A stretch of 56,981 nucleotides of DNA from Eubacteriales bacterium. Its GTDB lineage: Bacteria > Bacillota > Clostridia > Oscillospirales > JAAYXM01. The translations under genes and the position numbers were made by a program. Within the stretch, counting starts at the first letter, position 1. Every line of letters begins with the position of its first letter. The notes under the pieces are model-generated. The model made no database searches and was not told the origin of the DNA. It saw only the letters and a program-made list of their open reading frames with translations. Of the stretch, positions 41,251-50,400 are shown piece by piece. The stretch is from assembly GCA_045533555.1 (NCBI GenBank), contig JAZSHZ010000209.1, positions 1 through 56,981 on the forward strand, in the 5' to 3' direction.

Positions 41251-44200
41251 GCCATAAACTCTTATATTGAAATGCAATGTGCTTTCTCTTCCCGCACTGT
41301 CCTTCGCTGTTACGGAGAAGTGGTTTTCACCTACCTGCGAGCTTGTCGGCTTCCATGTGATTTTTCCGTCTTCCGAAAGAGATGCTCCTCTGGGAATTGA
41401 GTTTGCCAGATATATAACTTCTCCGTCATCCTTTGCTTTTGCTCTGACATTCACGGATAATGCGCTTCCCGCATTTACGCTGAGTCCCGTAAGCTCTTCA
41501 AACACGGGCGCATCATCAAATTCATAAGACATCGGAATATACGCGCTCTGCCCTTTGCTGATATTATAAACATATCCTTTTGTGAAATCATCCTCATCGG
41601 CATAGCTTCGAATAGTCGGCACAAGCCCGATATTGAGCTTCACCTTTCCATTGGAAAGCTTTTCCGCACTTTCGATAACATACGTTCCGTTCTCCGCTCC
41701 GTCATTCCTGATATTGACTATCTTACCCGCAAGGGAATCAGCATCATCGATATCTGCAGAAAGAATGATGTAGTTTTCCATCATATGCTCATGGCTGAAA
41801 TCTGAAACCGTTCCGCTATATGCACTCATCAGATTTTCTTTATCGCCGATCACATCTCCGTCACTTATATATGAATAGATGTTCTCTCCGACAGCATTTA
41901 CGGAGTATACTCCGACAAAGCCCCGGAAATTGAACACATCTCCCACATTATAGAGCACTGTGTTATCCGTTGAATATACAATATAGTCGCGTCTGCCATC
42001 CCTGAACCTGACACAGATTGCGCGGGCTTCGCCTTCCTGCGGCGCAGGGGAAATCGCAACAGGCGTCACCGATTCTATGCGGCGGTTTTCCTTATATGGC
42101 TCAAGCACCGTTGTGAAAAGGCTCTTCAGGTCTTTTCCTTCGCGTTTTACAAGAGCATACTTGATTCCTCGCGGAAGACCTGCATTAACGCTCTTATTCG
42201 GCACATAACCGTCTGCTATCGCAACCTCCGAAACCGCGAAATCATTTACCTGCGTCATTCTGAGATGAATCTTGTCGTTGTCCCTTATCGCCTTGCGGTA
42301 GTCTGTTATTTTGAAATCAACAGAGAAGCTTCCCTCGGGATTTGCGGCTCTGTTGACATTCTTAAGCCAGGTATAGCCACGCGGATAGCGAAGCACATCC
42401 GCATCCGAATATGCGGTATCGGGATCCTGAACAAACCCCGGAACATCAATTCCCGCATAGCTTCCCTTATATTCTCCGTTTTCAGCCTGCGCAACGAGGT
42501 TCAGACCTTCCGTTTCATAAATCTCTTCCGATTGTGCGTGGAAGCTGTAGACATGGGTATTTCCGCCCTGAACATTGAAGAAATCAACGCCATAGCTTAT
42601 ATCTCCGGGTGCTTCTACCATAACGAGTGTTCTGCGATATTCATCCGCACCGGGATATGCTTCTTCGCTTCTCATATCAACGACCTTCACCTGATTTCCG
42701 TCATCAAAATGGAGCGGAGTCGCCGATTTGAGCGTTCTCGTCTGCTGCTTTTCATCTATCGTTACGGTGTTATGGGATAATGTTGTATTGATCCACTGAT
42801 CGCGGTTCGGATCACTTCCCGTTGCTTCGGGATAACCGAGATCGGGGCTTAAGTTGAGGCCGAACGCCTCAACGCCGATATTCATCGAATCGAGCTGATG
42901 ATGCGATGCATTTCCCCAACCCGAATATATCCAGAAGCTTCGGAGAGTATTATCCGAGCCATCGGTGCTGATGCTTTCGCGGCGCTCGCCTTCTCTCAAT
43001 ACAGCAAAGCCATAACCCGAAAGGAGCTCGCTTCCGCTCTTTGAAACATTATCGGAAAGGGCGAGGATTTCTTCCTTTATGCTTTCGGGATTCTTTGTGA
43101 AAATATCATAATGGATCCCCGAAACATCTCCGTCATGTCTCATATATATCTGATTTGCAAGTCTCTTTGCAACATCGGTATCTTTTAAATACTTAAAGCT
43201 CTTTATAAGATTTTCCGCGGAATCGACAAATCCGATTGTCGCCGTACCCTGAGAGTCGCCTATCTGCACGGTATGGCTGTCGCTCAATATAAGCGATGTG
43301 AAATTTGTCGAAATCTGCGCAAATCTCGGAGTTTTTGATATGTCATACTTGCTCTTATTTACGCCGTTGTATCTCGAAAGAGCTTCAACGGTCTCAAAAA
43401 GGTCATCAGGTGCTATATAGTTATACTGAGGCGAGGATTCAAATCCGAAACCGTCGCGATCAAGCTCGCCGACAAAGTAGTTGCCGAGATTTCCGCCGGT
43501 TACCTCAAAAGCTTTATAGCCTACCCAGCCGCCGCTTTTGAAGGTGAAGTCCAGAATTTCTTCGCTTTCAGGCTCATTACCGAGAGCAATCGCGGTTTTT
43601 ACAAGTGCTTCCTGAGCCATACCGAAATTGCCCCATACATTGGCTTTCTTTACGGAGCGGTAGTTTTCAAGAAGAAGGCCTTCCTGCCAGTTTTTCCAAA
43701 TATCGTAGGCGCTTTCCTTTTTGTTTTCAAGGTTATATTTCTCCGCCTTTTCCGAAAGGAAGCTGATAACCGTTTTGTCTTCGAGAATCGGGAAGAGCAT
43801 ATCCGCCGCTTCCGCAAAGTTTGTTGCAAATTCACAGTCCTGAATACGTCCGACAAACTTACCTTCACCTGTGCCGCCGTGGGTATAGAAGAAGGTTTTG
43901 AAATACTGCCACATATCCATATCCGGATAAACATCGGCAATTCTGTCGAGAATGATTGCGCAGGCTCTTCCATACTTTGCTTCACCGGTATAGTAATAAG
44001 CATAAGAAAGGTTCTTTACCGCGGGACGGACATACTGGAACCACGCATGCCAATTATAGACAGCTATATGTGTATGGCGCTCGACAACGCCGTTGGAATA
44101 TTTATAAGGTTCTCCGTTTTCCTTTTTCGGAACATATCCGAAGCCGTCATCAACGCCCCATTTTTCAACGGTTTCGCCCGCTCGGAGCCCTTTGCCGCAA

Positions 44201-47200
44201 TTTATTGTGTTTGAAAGCTCCGGATAGAGAATGTTGACGAGGACATCCGCTTCGGGACCGAATTCCGCAATATTTGCGTTGTTCTTCTCGTGGGCACGGT
44301 TAACATTGAATATACCGTGTTCATCAAGACCGAGTTCATAGAACTTCCCAAAGTCATTTGACGGGAAAAGACGCTTACAGTCGGGGCACTGGATCTTCCA
44401 CGGACGCATAATGAAGTTTATATCATATGCATATGCGCCGTCTGCACCGTATTTTGTCGCAATATCAACTCCGCAGTAGCGGCAATAATAGTATTCGGGG
44501 TCATCCTGCGAACCATTCTGCCTGCCTCTCGGGACGCCTTCACCGACAATGTGGTCATAAATATATTCATAATGCTCCACATATCTGTCGCCTGCCGCAA
44601 CGATTGAGTTCTTCTGATCTTTTGCCCAGTTATATTTTTCAACATTTTCAAAGAGATTCTTCTGCATCTCTTTTGTGAACAAAGTGGGCTCAGTCTTCTT
44701 CGCGCCTTCAAGCGCTGTAATTTCTATTTCGTTTGAGGAAATATCCGTTCCGCGGAAATCTGCCTTTGCGGAAACTCTGACAATACCGATACCGGTCGCG
44801 CATACATAGCCTTCTTCATCCACATATGCAATGCCCTCGGGTTCCGTTACAACCGTATAATCAATATCACTTACCGGAACTTCGAGGCGTTTTCCGCTGC
44901 TCATATCCGCGTGAAGAGTAAGCTTCTTTCTACCGCGCACATATATGGTCTCCTCCGCAGAAAGCGTTGCCGCCATAACCTCACTTGCATCGGTTACGGT
45001 TATCTTTGCGGTTACATCCATTGCAACGCCGCCGTAAATCACACGCGCCTTGATCAGGGAGCTGCCTTCCTCAACACCGCGGATTTTTCCGTCTTCCGAT
45101 ATTTCCGCAATATGGGAATTTGAAGAGGAATATTTAATTTTAAGCTCATTCTCATCGATCTTCGAGCCATCGAGCATATATGCCGAAATTCCCGCGGATG
45201 TCTCTTCTCCGACCTTGATGTCATAATTCCCGATATGAAGCTCTGCGCGCTTCATGCCGTCAACACCGTCTAATGTGAAGGACTTGAAATCCATATAACC
45301 GCCGCGGAGAGACTTTATGACAAGGATATATTCTCCTGCGGCCTTTATATCAACGTCTCCTATTTCCACGGTGCCGAGAGTAAGCTCTTTTGCGTTTTCA
45401 TCCTGGCAGTCAAATGTGCAGAGATAATTATCCTGAGTGAGCGCCTCGGATATATTCTCCGTGTCCTTCGGAACAAGATAAACCTCTGCCGCGATTCTGC
45501 CCGAATAATATTTGCAATATTCAAAGGTTGCGAGGTATCTTCCCGAAGCCGGGATATTTACCGTGAAGCCAACCCATTTGTCTTTGCTTGTTCCCACGCG
45601 GGTGCGACCGTCCGCGCCGCTTCCGGTATACATCCATACCACCGTATTTCCGCTTTCCTCGTAAATACCCGATATGTTACTGTCATACCACTCCCAGTTG
45701 CCGGGAGAGCTTGTCTTTGATGTATACTGATATGTTATTCCGCGTATGTCATTCGCGTTCGGAGCGGATTCTCCCTTCCAGTATACAGGCTTCCAGTTAT
45801 CGTTTTTTATGCTGAAATCATACTTTGCGTATACGCCGCTGTATTGCATAAACTCATCGCCCGTTATTGTGAGCTTCACCGTATCGCTTACTGTTATGCC
45901 GCCTACCGTCACACTTGCGGTAACCTCGACATCGCCCGTTGAGTATGTTCTGAATTTTCCTGTCTCCGCATCTATTCTGAGAATGCTTTCATCGGATGAG
46001 ACATATTTCACCTGAAGTTCTTCTCCGCCAAGAGTCTTACTGTCGCTCATCGTCACGGTGACGGAAGGCTTTAAGCTTTTCGAAACCGAAAGCCCGAGTG
46101 CTGTCGGAACAGTATCTTTACCGCCGTTGAGAATAATCGTTCTCGGAAGGAGCAGGTATCTTGACATACTGTTATACTCTCCAAAGCCCTTGAACACGAG
46201 GAGATATTCACCTGCTGACGGCGCATCAAAGGAGCCGCTCGCAGTATAGGGCGCGCTTTCGCTATACTCGCTTCTCTCTCCGTTGCAGTTCATCACCGCA
46301 ACCGGAGTTGCCGTTGCAATAGCTCCCTCCACATCCGCTGTATCGGCAGGAAGGATAAAAACCTTTCCGCTTGTTCCGCTGGAGTGCTTATTGTAGCCGA
46401 GAGTTACGTTATAATAACCCTTTTTCGGAATCATGATTTTATAGGAAACATACTCCGCCGCGCGCATATGCATCGCAACCGAGTTTCTCTCCCAGCCGAG
46501 CGCACCCGATATTCCGCCGGGGTTATCAAGCTCAATTCTGTTTCCGCTGTTTTCATATGTTATGAGTGCCGCATTTGCAAGAGACACATATTCGCTCTGC
46601 GTCAAAGGATAGCGGACGGTTATTCCGGACATTTCGACATCCGATTTTATAACCGCTATTTCATTACCGCAAAGCACATAGTCGCCGCTTTTAGTGAGCA
46701 CATCCGCTTTGCCCTCACCCACGGGAACTATTTTGTTTCCATCAATTCGCACGACGGATGTGTCGGAGCTTTCAAAGGTCAGAGCATTCACTTCCGCGCT
46801 TGCGCCCTTTGAACCGTCGCTCATATAAAGAGTATCCACGGAAATTTCCGCAGTTTCACCCGTTGCAACATTGATTATTTCTTTTGAAAGGACGGAATTC
46901 GCCCATATGGGAGCTTTGCCGTCTCCGCCGGAAAGAGTGAGGTCGCCGAGAGTGACGAGATATCTTCCCATTGAGTTCTTATCTCCGGTTCCCTTCCATA
47001 CAACAATGTATTCTCCGGGTGCTTCCGCTTCCCATTCCGCGCTTTGCGACGGCGCAGTGCCGCCTGTAAGCTCAGCCCCCGCAGTTCCCGTTTCACCGTA
47101 GAAATCAATTGTCATAACGGGAGTTGCATTTATAAGCGCCGACGGAATATCCGTCACGTTTGCGCTTAAGATATACATATCATTTTTTGTTCCGGCAGTT

Positions 47201-47553
47201 TTCTTCGCATACTGCTGTGTTACTGTATATTTTCCTGCCTTTGGCACACGGATCTTCAGCGCCGCATATTCGCCTTCTTTCAAATGCGCCGAAAGCGCAT
47301 ATGTTCCCCAGCTTATGCCGCCGCTTACCGATGATGTTGACGAATGCCATTCTATTCTGCCCTTGCTGTCTGCAGAGGCGTATTTTATGTTTGTCGGCGG
47401 AGTTGCATCGGTATCATATGCGAGCGCACTTGAAATCGGATAATGTATTTCTATACCCGATGCTGCCGCTTCTGCGGAAACCGATGAAGAGATCTGCGGA
47501 AGCAACGCAACCGTCATACAAATGGCAAGAACAACCGATAAAATTCTTTTCAT
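40519..47553 (-). CDS. Giant SLH-anchored surface protein D (2,344 aa): same architecture as C
   Basis: Uninterrupted 7.0-kb ORF. SD GGAGGAAAAAG (47561-47565 core). Signal peptide MKRILSVVLAICMTVALLPQISSSVSA. Core motifs YYYTGEAKYGRACAIILDRIADVY and GNASHHQLDSMNIGVEAFGLNLSPDLGYPE...LSHNTVTIDE. SLH tail FIDLGNHAWAADAINTLADGGIIKG. Confidence 0.95.
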   Translation of the reverse strand: MKRILSVVLAICMTVALLPQISSSVSAEAAASGIEIHYPISSALAYDTDATPPTNIKYASADSKGRIEWHSSTSSVSGGISWGTYALSAHLKEGEYAALKIRVPKAGKYTVTQQYAKKTAGTKNDMYILSANVTDIPSALINATPVMTIDFYGETGTAGAELTGGTAPSQSAEWEAEAPGEYIVVWKGTGDKNSMGRYLVTLGDLTLSGGDGKAPIWANSVLSKEIINVATGETAEISVDTLYMSDGSKGASAEVNALTFESSDTSVVRIDGNKIVPVGEGKADVLTKSGDYVLCGNEIAVIKSDVEMSGITVRYPLTQSEYVSLANAALITYENSGNRIELDNPGGISGALGWERNSVAMHMRAAEYVSYKIMIPKKGYYNVTLGYNKHSSGTSGKVFILPADTADVEGAIATATPVAVMNCNGERSEYSESAPYTASGSFDAPSAGEYLLVFKGFGEYNSMSRYLLLPRTIILNGGKDTVPTALGLSVSKSLKPSVTVTMSDSKTLGGEELQVKYVSSDESILRIDAETGKFRTYSTGDVEVTASVTVGGITVSDTVKLTITGDEFMQYSGVYAKYDFSIKNDNWKPVYWKGESAPNANDIRGITYQYTSKTSSPGNWEWYDSNISGIYEESGNTVVWMYTGSGADGRTRVGTSKDKWVGFTVNIPASGRYLATFEYCKYYSGRIAAEVYLVPKDTENISEALTQDNYLCTFDCQDENAKELTLGTVEIGDVDIKAAGEYILVIKSLRGGYMDFKSFTLDGVDGMKRAELHIGNYDIKVGEETSAGISAYMLDGSKIDENELKIKYSSSNSHIAEISEDGKIRGVEEGSSLIKARVIYGGVAMDVTAKITVTDASEVMAATLSAEETIYVRGRKKLTLHADMSSGKRLEVPVSDIDYTVVTEPEGIAYVDEEGYVCATGIGIVRVSAKADFRGTDISSNEIEITALEGAKKTEPTLFTKEMQKNLFENVEKYNWAKDQKNSIVAAGDRYVEHYEYIYDHIVGEGVPRGRQNGSQDDPEYYYCRYCGVDIATKYGADGAYAYDINFIMRPWKIQCPDCKRLFPSNDFGKFYELGLDEHGIFNVNRAHEKNNANIAEFGPEADVLVNILYPELSNTINCGKGLRAGETVEKWGVDDGFGYVPKKENGEPYKYSNGVVERHTHIAVYNWHAWFQYVRPAVKNLSYAYYYTGEAKYGRACAIILDRIADVYPDMDMWQYFKTFFYTHGGTGEGKFVGRIQDCEFATNFAEAADMLFPILEDKTVISFLSEKAEKYNLENKKESAYDIWKNWQEGLLLENYRSVKKANVWGNFGMAQEALVKTAIALGNEPESEEILDFTFKSGGWVGYKAFEVTGGNLGNYFVGELDRDGFGFESSPQYNYIAPDDLFETVEALSRYNGVNKSKYDISKTPRFAQISTNFTSLILSDSHTVQIGDSQGTATIGFVDSAENLIKSFKYLKDTDVAKRLANQIYMRHDGDVSGIHYDIFTKNPESIKEEILALSDNVSKSGSELLSGYGFAVLREGERRESISTDGSDNTLRSFWIYSGWGNASHHQLDSMNIGVEAFGLNLSPDLGYPEATGSDPNRDQWINTTLSHNTVTIDEKQQTRTLKSATPLHFDDGNQVKVVDMRSEEAYPGADEYRRTLVMVEAPGDISYGVDFFNVQGGNTHVYSFHAQSEEIYETEGLNLVAQAENGEYKGSYAGIDVPGFVQDPDTAYSDADVLRYPRGYTWLKNVNRAANPEGSFSVDFKITDYRKAIRDNDKIHLRMTQVNDFAVSEVAIADGYVPNKSVNAGLPRGIKYALVKREGKDLKSLFTTVLEPYKENRRIESVTPVAISPAPQEGEARAICVRFRDGRRDYIVYSTDNTVLYNVGDVFNFRGFVGVYSVNAVGENIYSYISDGDVIGDKENLMSAYSGTVSDFSHEHMMENYIILSADIDDADSLAGKIVNIRNDGAENGTYVIESAEKLSNGKVKLNIGLVPTIRSYADEDDFTKGYVYNISKGQSAYIPMSYEFDDAPVFEELTGLSVNAGSALSVNVRAKAKDDGEVIYLANSIPRGASLSEDGKITWKPTSSQVGENHFSVTAKDSAGRESTLHFNIRVYGSTAGGGGGGASVPSTPGTTAPTIPATKPEDKDNTSSSTDNVGDKTPSVGDADSSLGEGAGNTRFIDLGNHAWAADAINTLADGGIIKGTSENTFSPAANITRADFAILLVRAFKLASEREENFADVSSSDYFAKELAVARNTGLVNGIGENKFAPRNNITRQDMMVIVYRALAGMEKINVGDRVLYVPQASDYDKVADYAKDAVAALINAKLISGKNGLIDPTANTTRAEVAVLLHRILEYIR
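42505..44700 (-). other. Heparinase II/III-like core of giant D, with Cys4 insert at 44377-44484
   Basis: Runs from TEPTLFTKEMQKNLFENVEKYNWAKDQ to FFNVQGGNTHVYSFHAQSEEIYE. The H.H motif is altered to HHQ (42895-42903). Confidence 0.7.
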
Positions 47554-47586
47554 TCTTTTTCCTCCAAACGCCCTTGATTATGGGAT

Positions 47587-47613
47587 AAAAAGCCTCTCGG
47601 GGAGAGGCTTTTT
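47587..47613 (-). terminator. Rho-independent terminator between partner C' and giant D (possibly leaky)
   Basis: Minus-strand reading aaaaagcctctc-ccc-gagaggcttttt followed by atccc: an 8-bp GC-rich stem extended by A:U pairs, a 3-nt loop and U5. It lies in the 63-nt gap between the stop at 47617 and the start at 47553. I found no convincing promoter for giant D downstream of it. Confidence 0.65.
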
Positions 47614-47616
47614 ATA

Positions 47617-50376
47617 TTACTTGCTGTAAATTACCCTGGGCGCCCCGTCAGTATCCTTGAACATTACATAGCCGCGGACTGAAGTCTGCGCATATTTTGT
47701 ATCTGTGCTCTTTTTCGCGGTAAACTGACCGTGAGCCTTGATATTCTTTACCTTTGCCTTATAATAGCAGGCGTTTACTGTGTTGTGGCTGTCATCGCCG
47801 AAGATAATACCTGCATCCACTATTTCATACCCTGCCGCATCATACTCAAGCATATATGCATCCCCACTTATATTGAGCACTGCTATCGGAAGCTTTTCGG
47901 ATGCATCTGCTTCAGATGATTCTATCTCGGTTGCACTCCATACATAATAGGTGTATGTATCGCCGTATCCGACAAGCTCATCATCGCGGTACCATGCCTT
48001 TGCGCCGGAAACCGTCTTTGTTATGGCGTCGCCATATTTTGTTCCGCTCTGAGCTTCCCCGTTTACCTTAACGCCCGAAACAGCTTTTCCTTCATCCTCA
48101 TAAAGAGCAACTGCGCGGAGAACCGCATTTATTACGGTATCATCAGCAATGCTCCAGTTCTTGAATTCATAACCCATAAGGTTTGCAGTCGGTGCTTCGA
48201 TTCCATCAAAACGGGTTCCCTTCTCCGCAGAAACAAATCCGAGGAAATCGCGGTTGCCATTGAAGAATTCAACACCTGTTCTGTCATTTTCTTCGCTTAT
48301 ATTATCAAATACCGCAATGATTGATGTGTTTGTATATGCCGTGAAGGTATATTCCGCACTGTCGCTTACAACATTGCCGGCACTGTTCTTCCAGTATGCA
48401 AACTTATACCCCTCATCCGCAATTGCTTCCGCCTTAACTTTCGTTCCTGCAGCCGCACTTGCCACCGTATTTACGGCAACCTTATCGGCATCAACACTTC
48501 CGCCGGATGTTCCCGCAATATAGATTCTTACCGTATCCGATACCGCCTCACCCGGAGCATTATCGGGAACAGTCACGGTTTTTGTGTATGCTTTGCTTTC
48601 ACCGTCAACAAGAGCAGTTACCGTAATCTTCGCAACACCGGGCTTATTTGCGGTGAGCTTATATGTTGTGGTTGTCGGGTCGATTTCCTGCGTATAGTTC
48701 TGATATACACTGGGTTCTATGCATACAACATCACTTACACTTACAACCGCGGAGTTTGAAGACTCGACCTTGATTATATCATCTTCAGTGGGAACAGCAC
48801 CAGCATCGGTATATCCGAAATAACGATATGTTCCGTCTGCCATCCTGACCTTTGCGGTAAGGTCTGCCGATGCATCGACCTCGATAGTATCGGGGATTGA
48901 TGTTTCAACTGCGGAAATCGCAGGCTTCTCTGCGGGAGAAAGAGTGAGTGTTATCGGTGAAAAGAGACTATATCCGCCGCTATAGTGTCTGTGTCTTGTT
49001 CTGAAGGAAATCTCAACATCTCCTGCCGGAATATACACGGTGTTGAGTGTATTTTCCGTTCCGAGCTTCTGCCCGCTTGCTTTTGCGTCATAGAAATTAT
49101 AGTCACCTGCGTATTCTCCGTTTATATAAAGTGCATAACGGGAATGTGCATTCCACATAACACCAAGAAGCTTTACCTGATAATAGCCGGGATAGCTGAA
49201 GCTTTTCCTGATTGTTAAGCTTGTATCTGCAACAGATTTCGCCGGCCATTCAAGCCAGCCTGTATGAAGCTTTGCGATGGCATATCCCGAAACAGTTACA
49301 TAGCCGCTGAGCATTGTTCCGTCACCGGACTTTGTCTTTTCCGGAACCATACTGAATGCGTTGTCGGTTATAGTCCATGTATCGCACTTTGTTCCGTTTG
49401 TACCGGTAATCGCACCGTTTGCAAAATTAATTACAACAGGTGCTTTTCCCTTGACCTTTATATCCGCTTCACCTATTACGCGGTCTCCCGATTTTGCATA
49501 TAACTTGACATCACCGGAAGAAATCCCCTTTACTGTTGCACCGGAAACCGTTGCGATTTCTTCATCGGAGCTCTCAAAGGTGATTGCCGCAATGTCATCG
49601 CTTGTTCCGAGTGTTGCATCGGACATATAAAGCTTTGAAACAGAAACAGTTGCAATGTCAATTCCGTTTCCTTCAATTTCATTCTTGCTGACATTTACTT
49701 CAGCAAGCATCGGAGTCTTAAGGCTTCCGTCTCCGCTTACAAAGCGAAGATCATGGACTCTTATGTTTTTTGCGTTTGCCGCACGGAATACAACAACATA
49801 CTCACCTGCAGAAAGCGTTTTTGAACCGAGAGTCGTTTTCTGCTGACCGTTCTGCTTGCCGTTTGTGCAATTTGCAGAGCCAATAAGACCGGTGCCGTTT
49901 GTTATGCTGTTTGTAATATCATCTTTTGTTGCCGTTCCGTCAAGGATATAAAGCTGGCATTCCGTGTCGAAGGAGGTGTCACTGTCATATCCGAGGATAA
50001 CGTTATATGTTCCGGCAACCGGGACTTTTACCTTTATCGAGAACCATGTTTTGCCACTTGCGAAGTATGCTCTGAAACCGTTATTTCTTACATTGCTTGT
50101 TGAATAACAATGATTTATGGAAAAACCGGTTTCTATTTCATGAAAAACCCAGAATCCATTGGACTTTTCATAGGTATCAACAAAATTTTTACTTCCTCCA
50201 TTAAAGAAGGTCGTTTCCCCCGTTGTATACGGGACATCCTCACTGTAGTTGTCTATAAAATCATATACAATCGTATATCCTGCATCTGCCGCAAACGCAG
50301 TTGTGGGAAGGAGAGCTGTTGCCATGCAGAGAATAAGAGCTATGCTGAGAATCTGCGTGAATAAATTCTTTTTCAT
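47617..50376 (-). CDS. Secreted partner protein C' (~919 aa): CBM-like module paralogous to module 2 of giant C, Big_2, a second CBM-like module of the giant-A type, InlB-B-repeat-like units, conserved tail, no SLH
   Basis: Start moved to MKKNLFTQILSIALILCMATALLPTTAFAA (ATG 50374-50376), which has GGAGGA 8 nt upstream; the ORF is open to 50391. Motifs YDFIDNYSEDVPYTTGETTF, WFSIKVKVPVAGTYNVILGY, LYINGEYAGDYNFYD...DVEISFRTRHRHY, GYKFAYWKNS and GYEFKNWS. Only 24 nt separate it from the GH127 stop. Confidence 0.9.
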   Translation of the reverse strand: MKKNLFTQILSIALILCMATALLPTTAFAADAGYTIVYDFIDNYSEDVPYTTGETTFFNGGSKNFVDTYEKSNGFWVFHEIETGFSINHCYSTSNVRNNGFRAYFASGKTWFSIKVKVPVAGTYNVILGYDSDTSFDTECQLYILDGTATKDDITNSITNGTGLIGSANCTNGKQNGQQKTTLGSKTLSAGEYVVVFRAANAKNIRVHDLRFVSGDGSLKTPMLAEVNVSKNEIEGNGIDIATVSVSKLYMSDATLGTSDDIAAITFESSDEEIATVSGATVKGISSGDVKLYAKSGDRVIGEADIKVKGKAPVVINFANGAITGTNGTKCDTWTITDNAFSMVPEKTKSGDGTMLSGYVTVSGYAIAKLHTGWLEWPAKSVADTSLTIRKSFSYPGYYQVKLLGVMWNAHSRYALYINGEYAGDYNFYDAKASGQKLGTENTLNTVYIPAGDVEISFRTRHRHYSGGYSLFSPITLTLSPAEKPAISAVETSIPDTIEVDASADLTAKVRMADGTYRYFGYTDAGAVPTEDDIIKVESSNSAVVSVSDVVCIEPSVYQNYTQEIDPTTTTYKLTANKPGVAKITVTALVDGESKAYTKTVTVPDNAPGEAVSDTVRIYIAGTSGGSVDADKVAVNTVASAAAGTKVKAEAIADEGYKFAYWKNSAGNVVSDSAEYTFTAYTNTSIIAVFDNISEENDRTGVEFFNGNRDFLGFVSAEKGTRFDGIEAPTANLMGYEFKNWSIADDTVINAVLRAVALYEDEGKAVSGVKVNGEAQSGTKYGDAITKTVSGAKAWYRDDELVGYGDTYTYYVWSATEIESSEADASEKLPIAVLNISGDAYMLEYDAAGYEIVDAGIIFGDDSHNTVNACYYKAKVKNIKAHGQFTAKKSTDTKYAQTSVRGYVMFKDTDGAPRVIYSK

Positions 50377-50400
50377 TTTCTTTTCCTCCATAAACTCATT

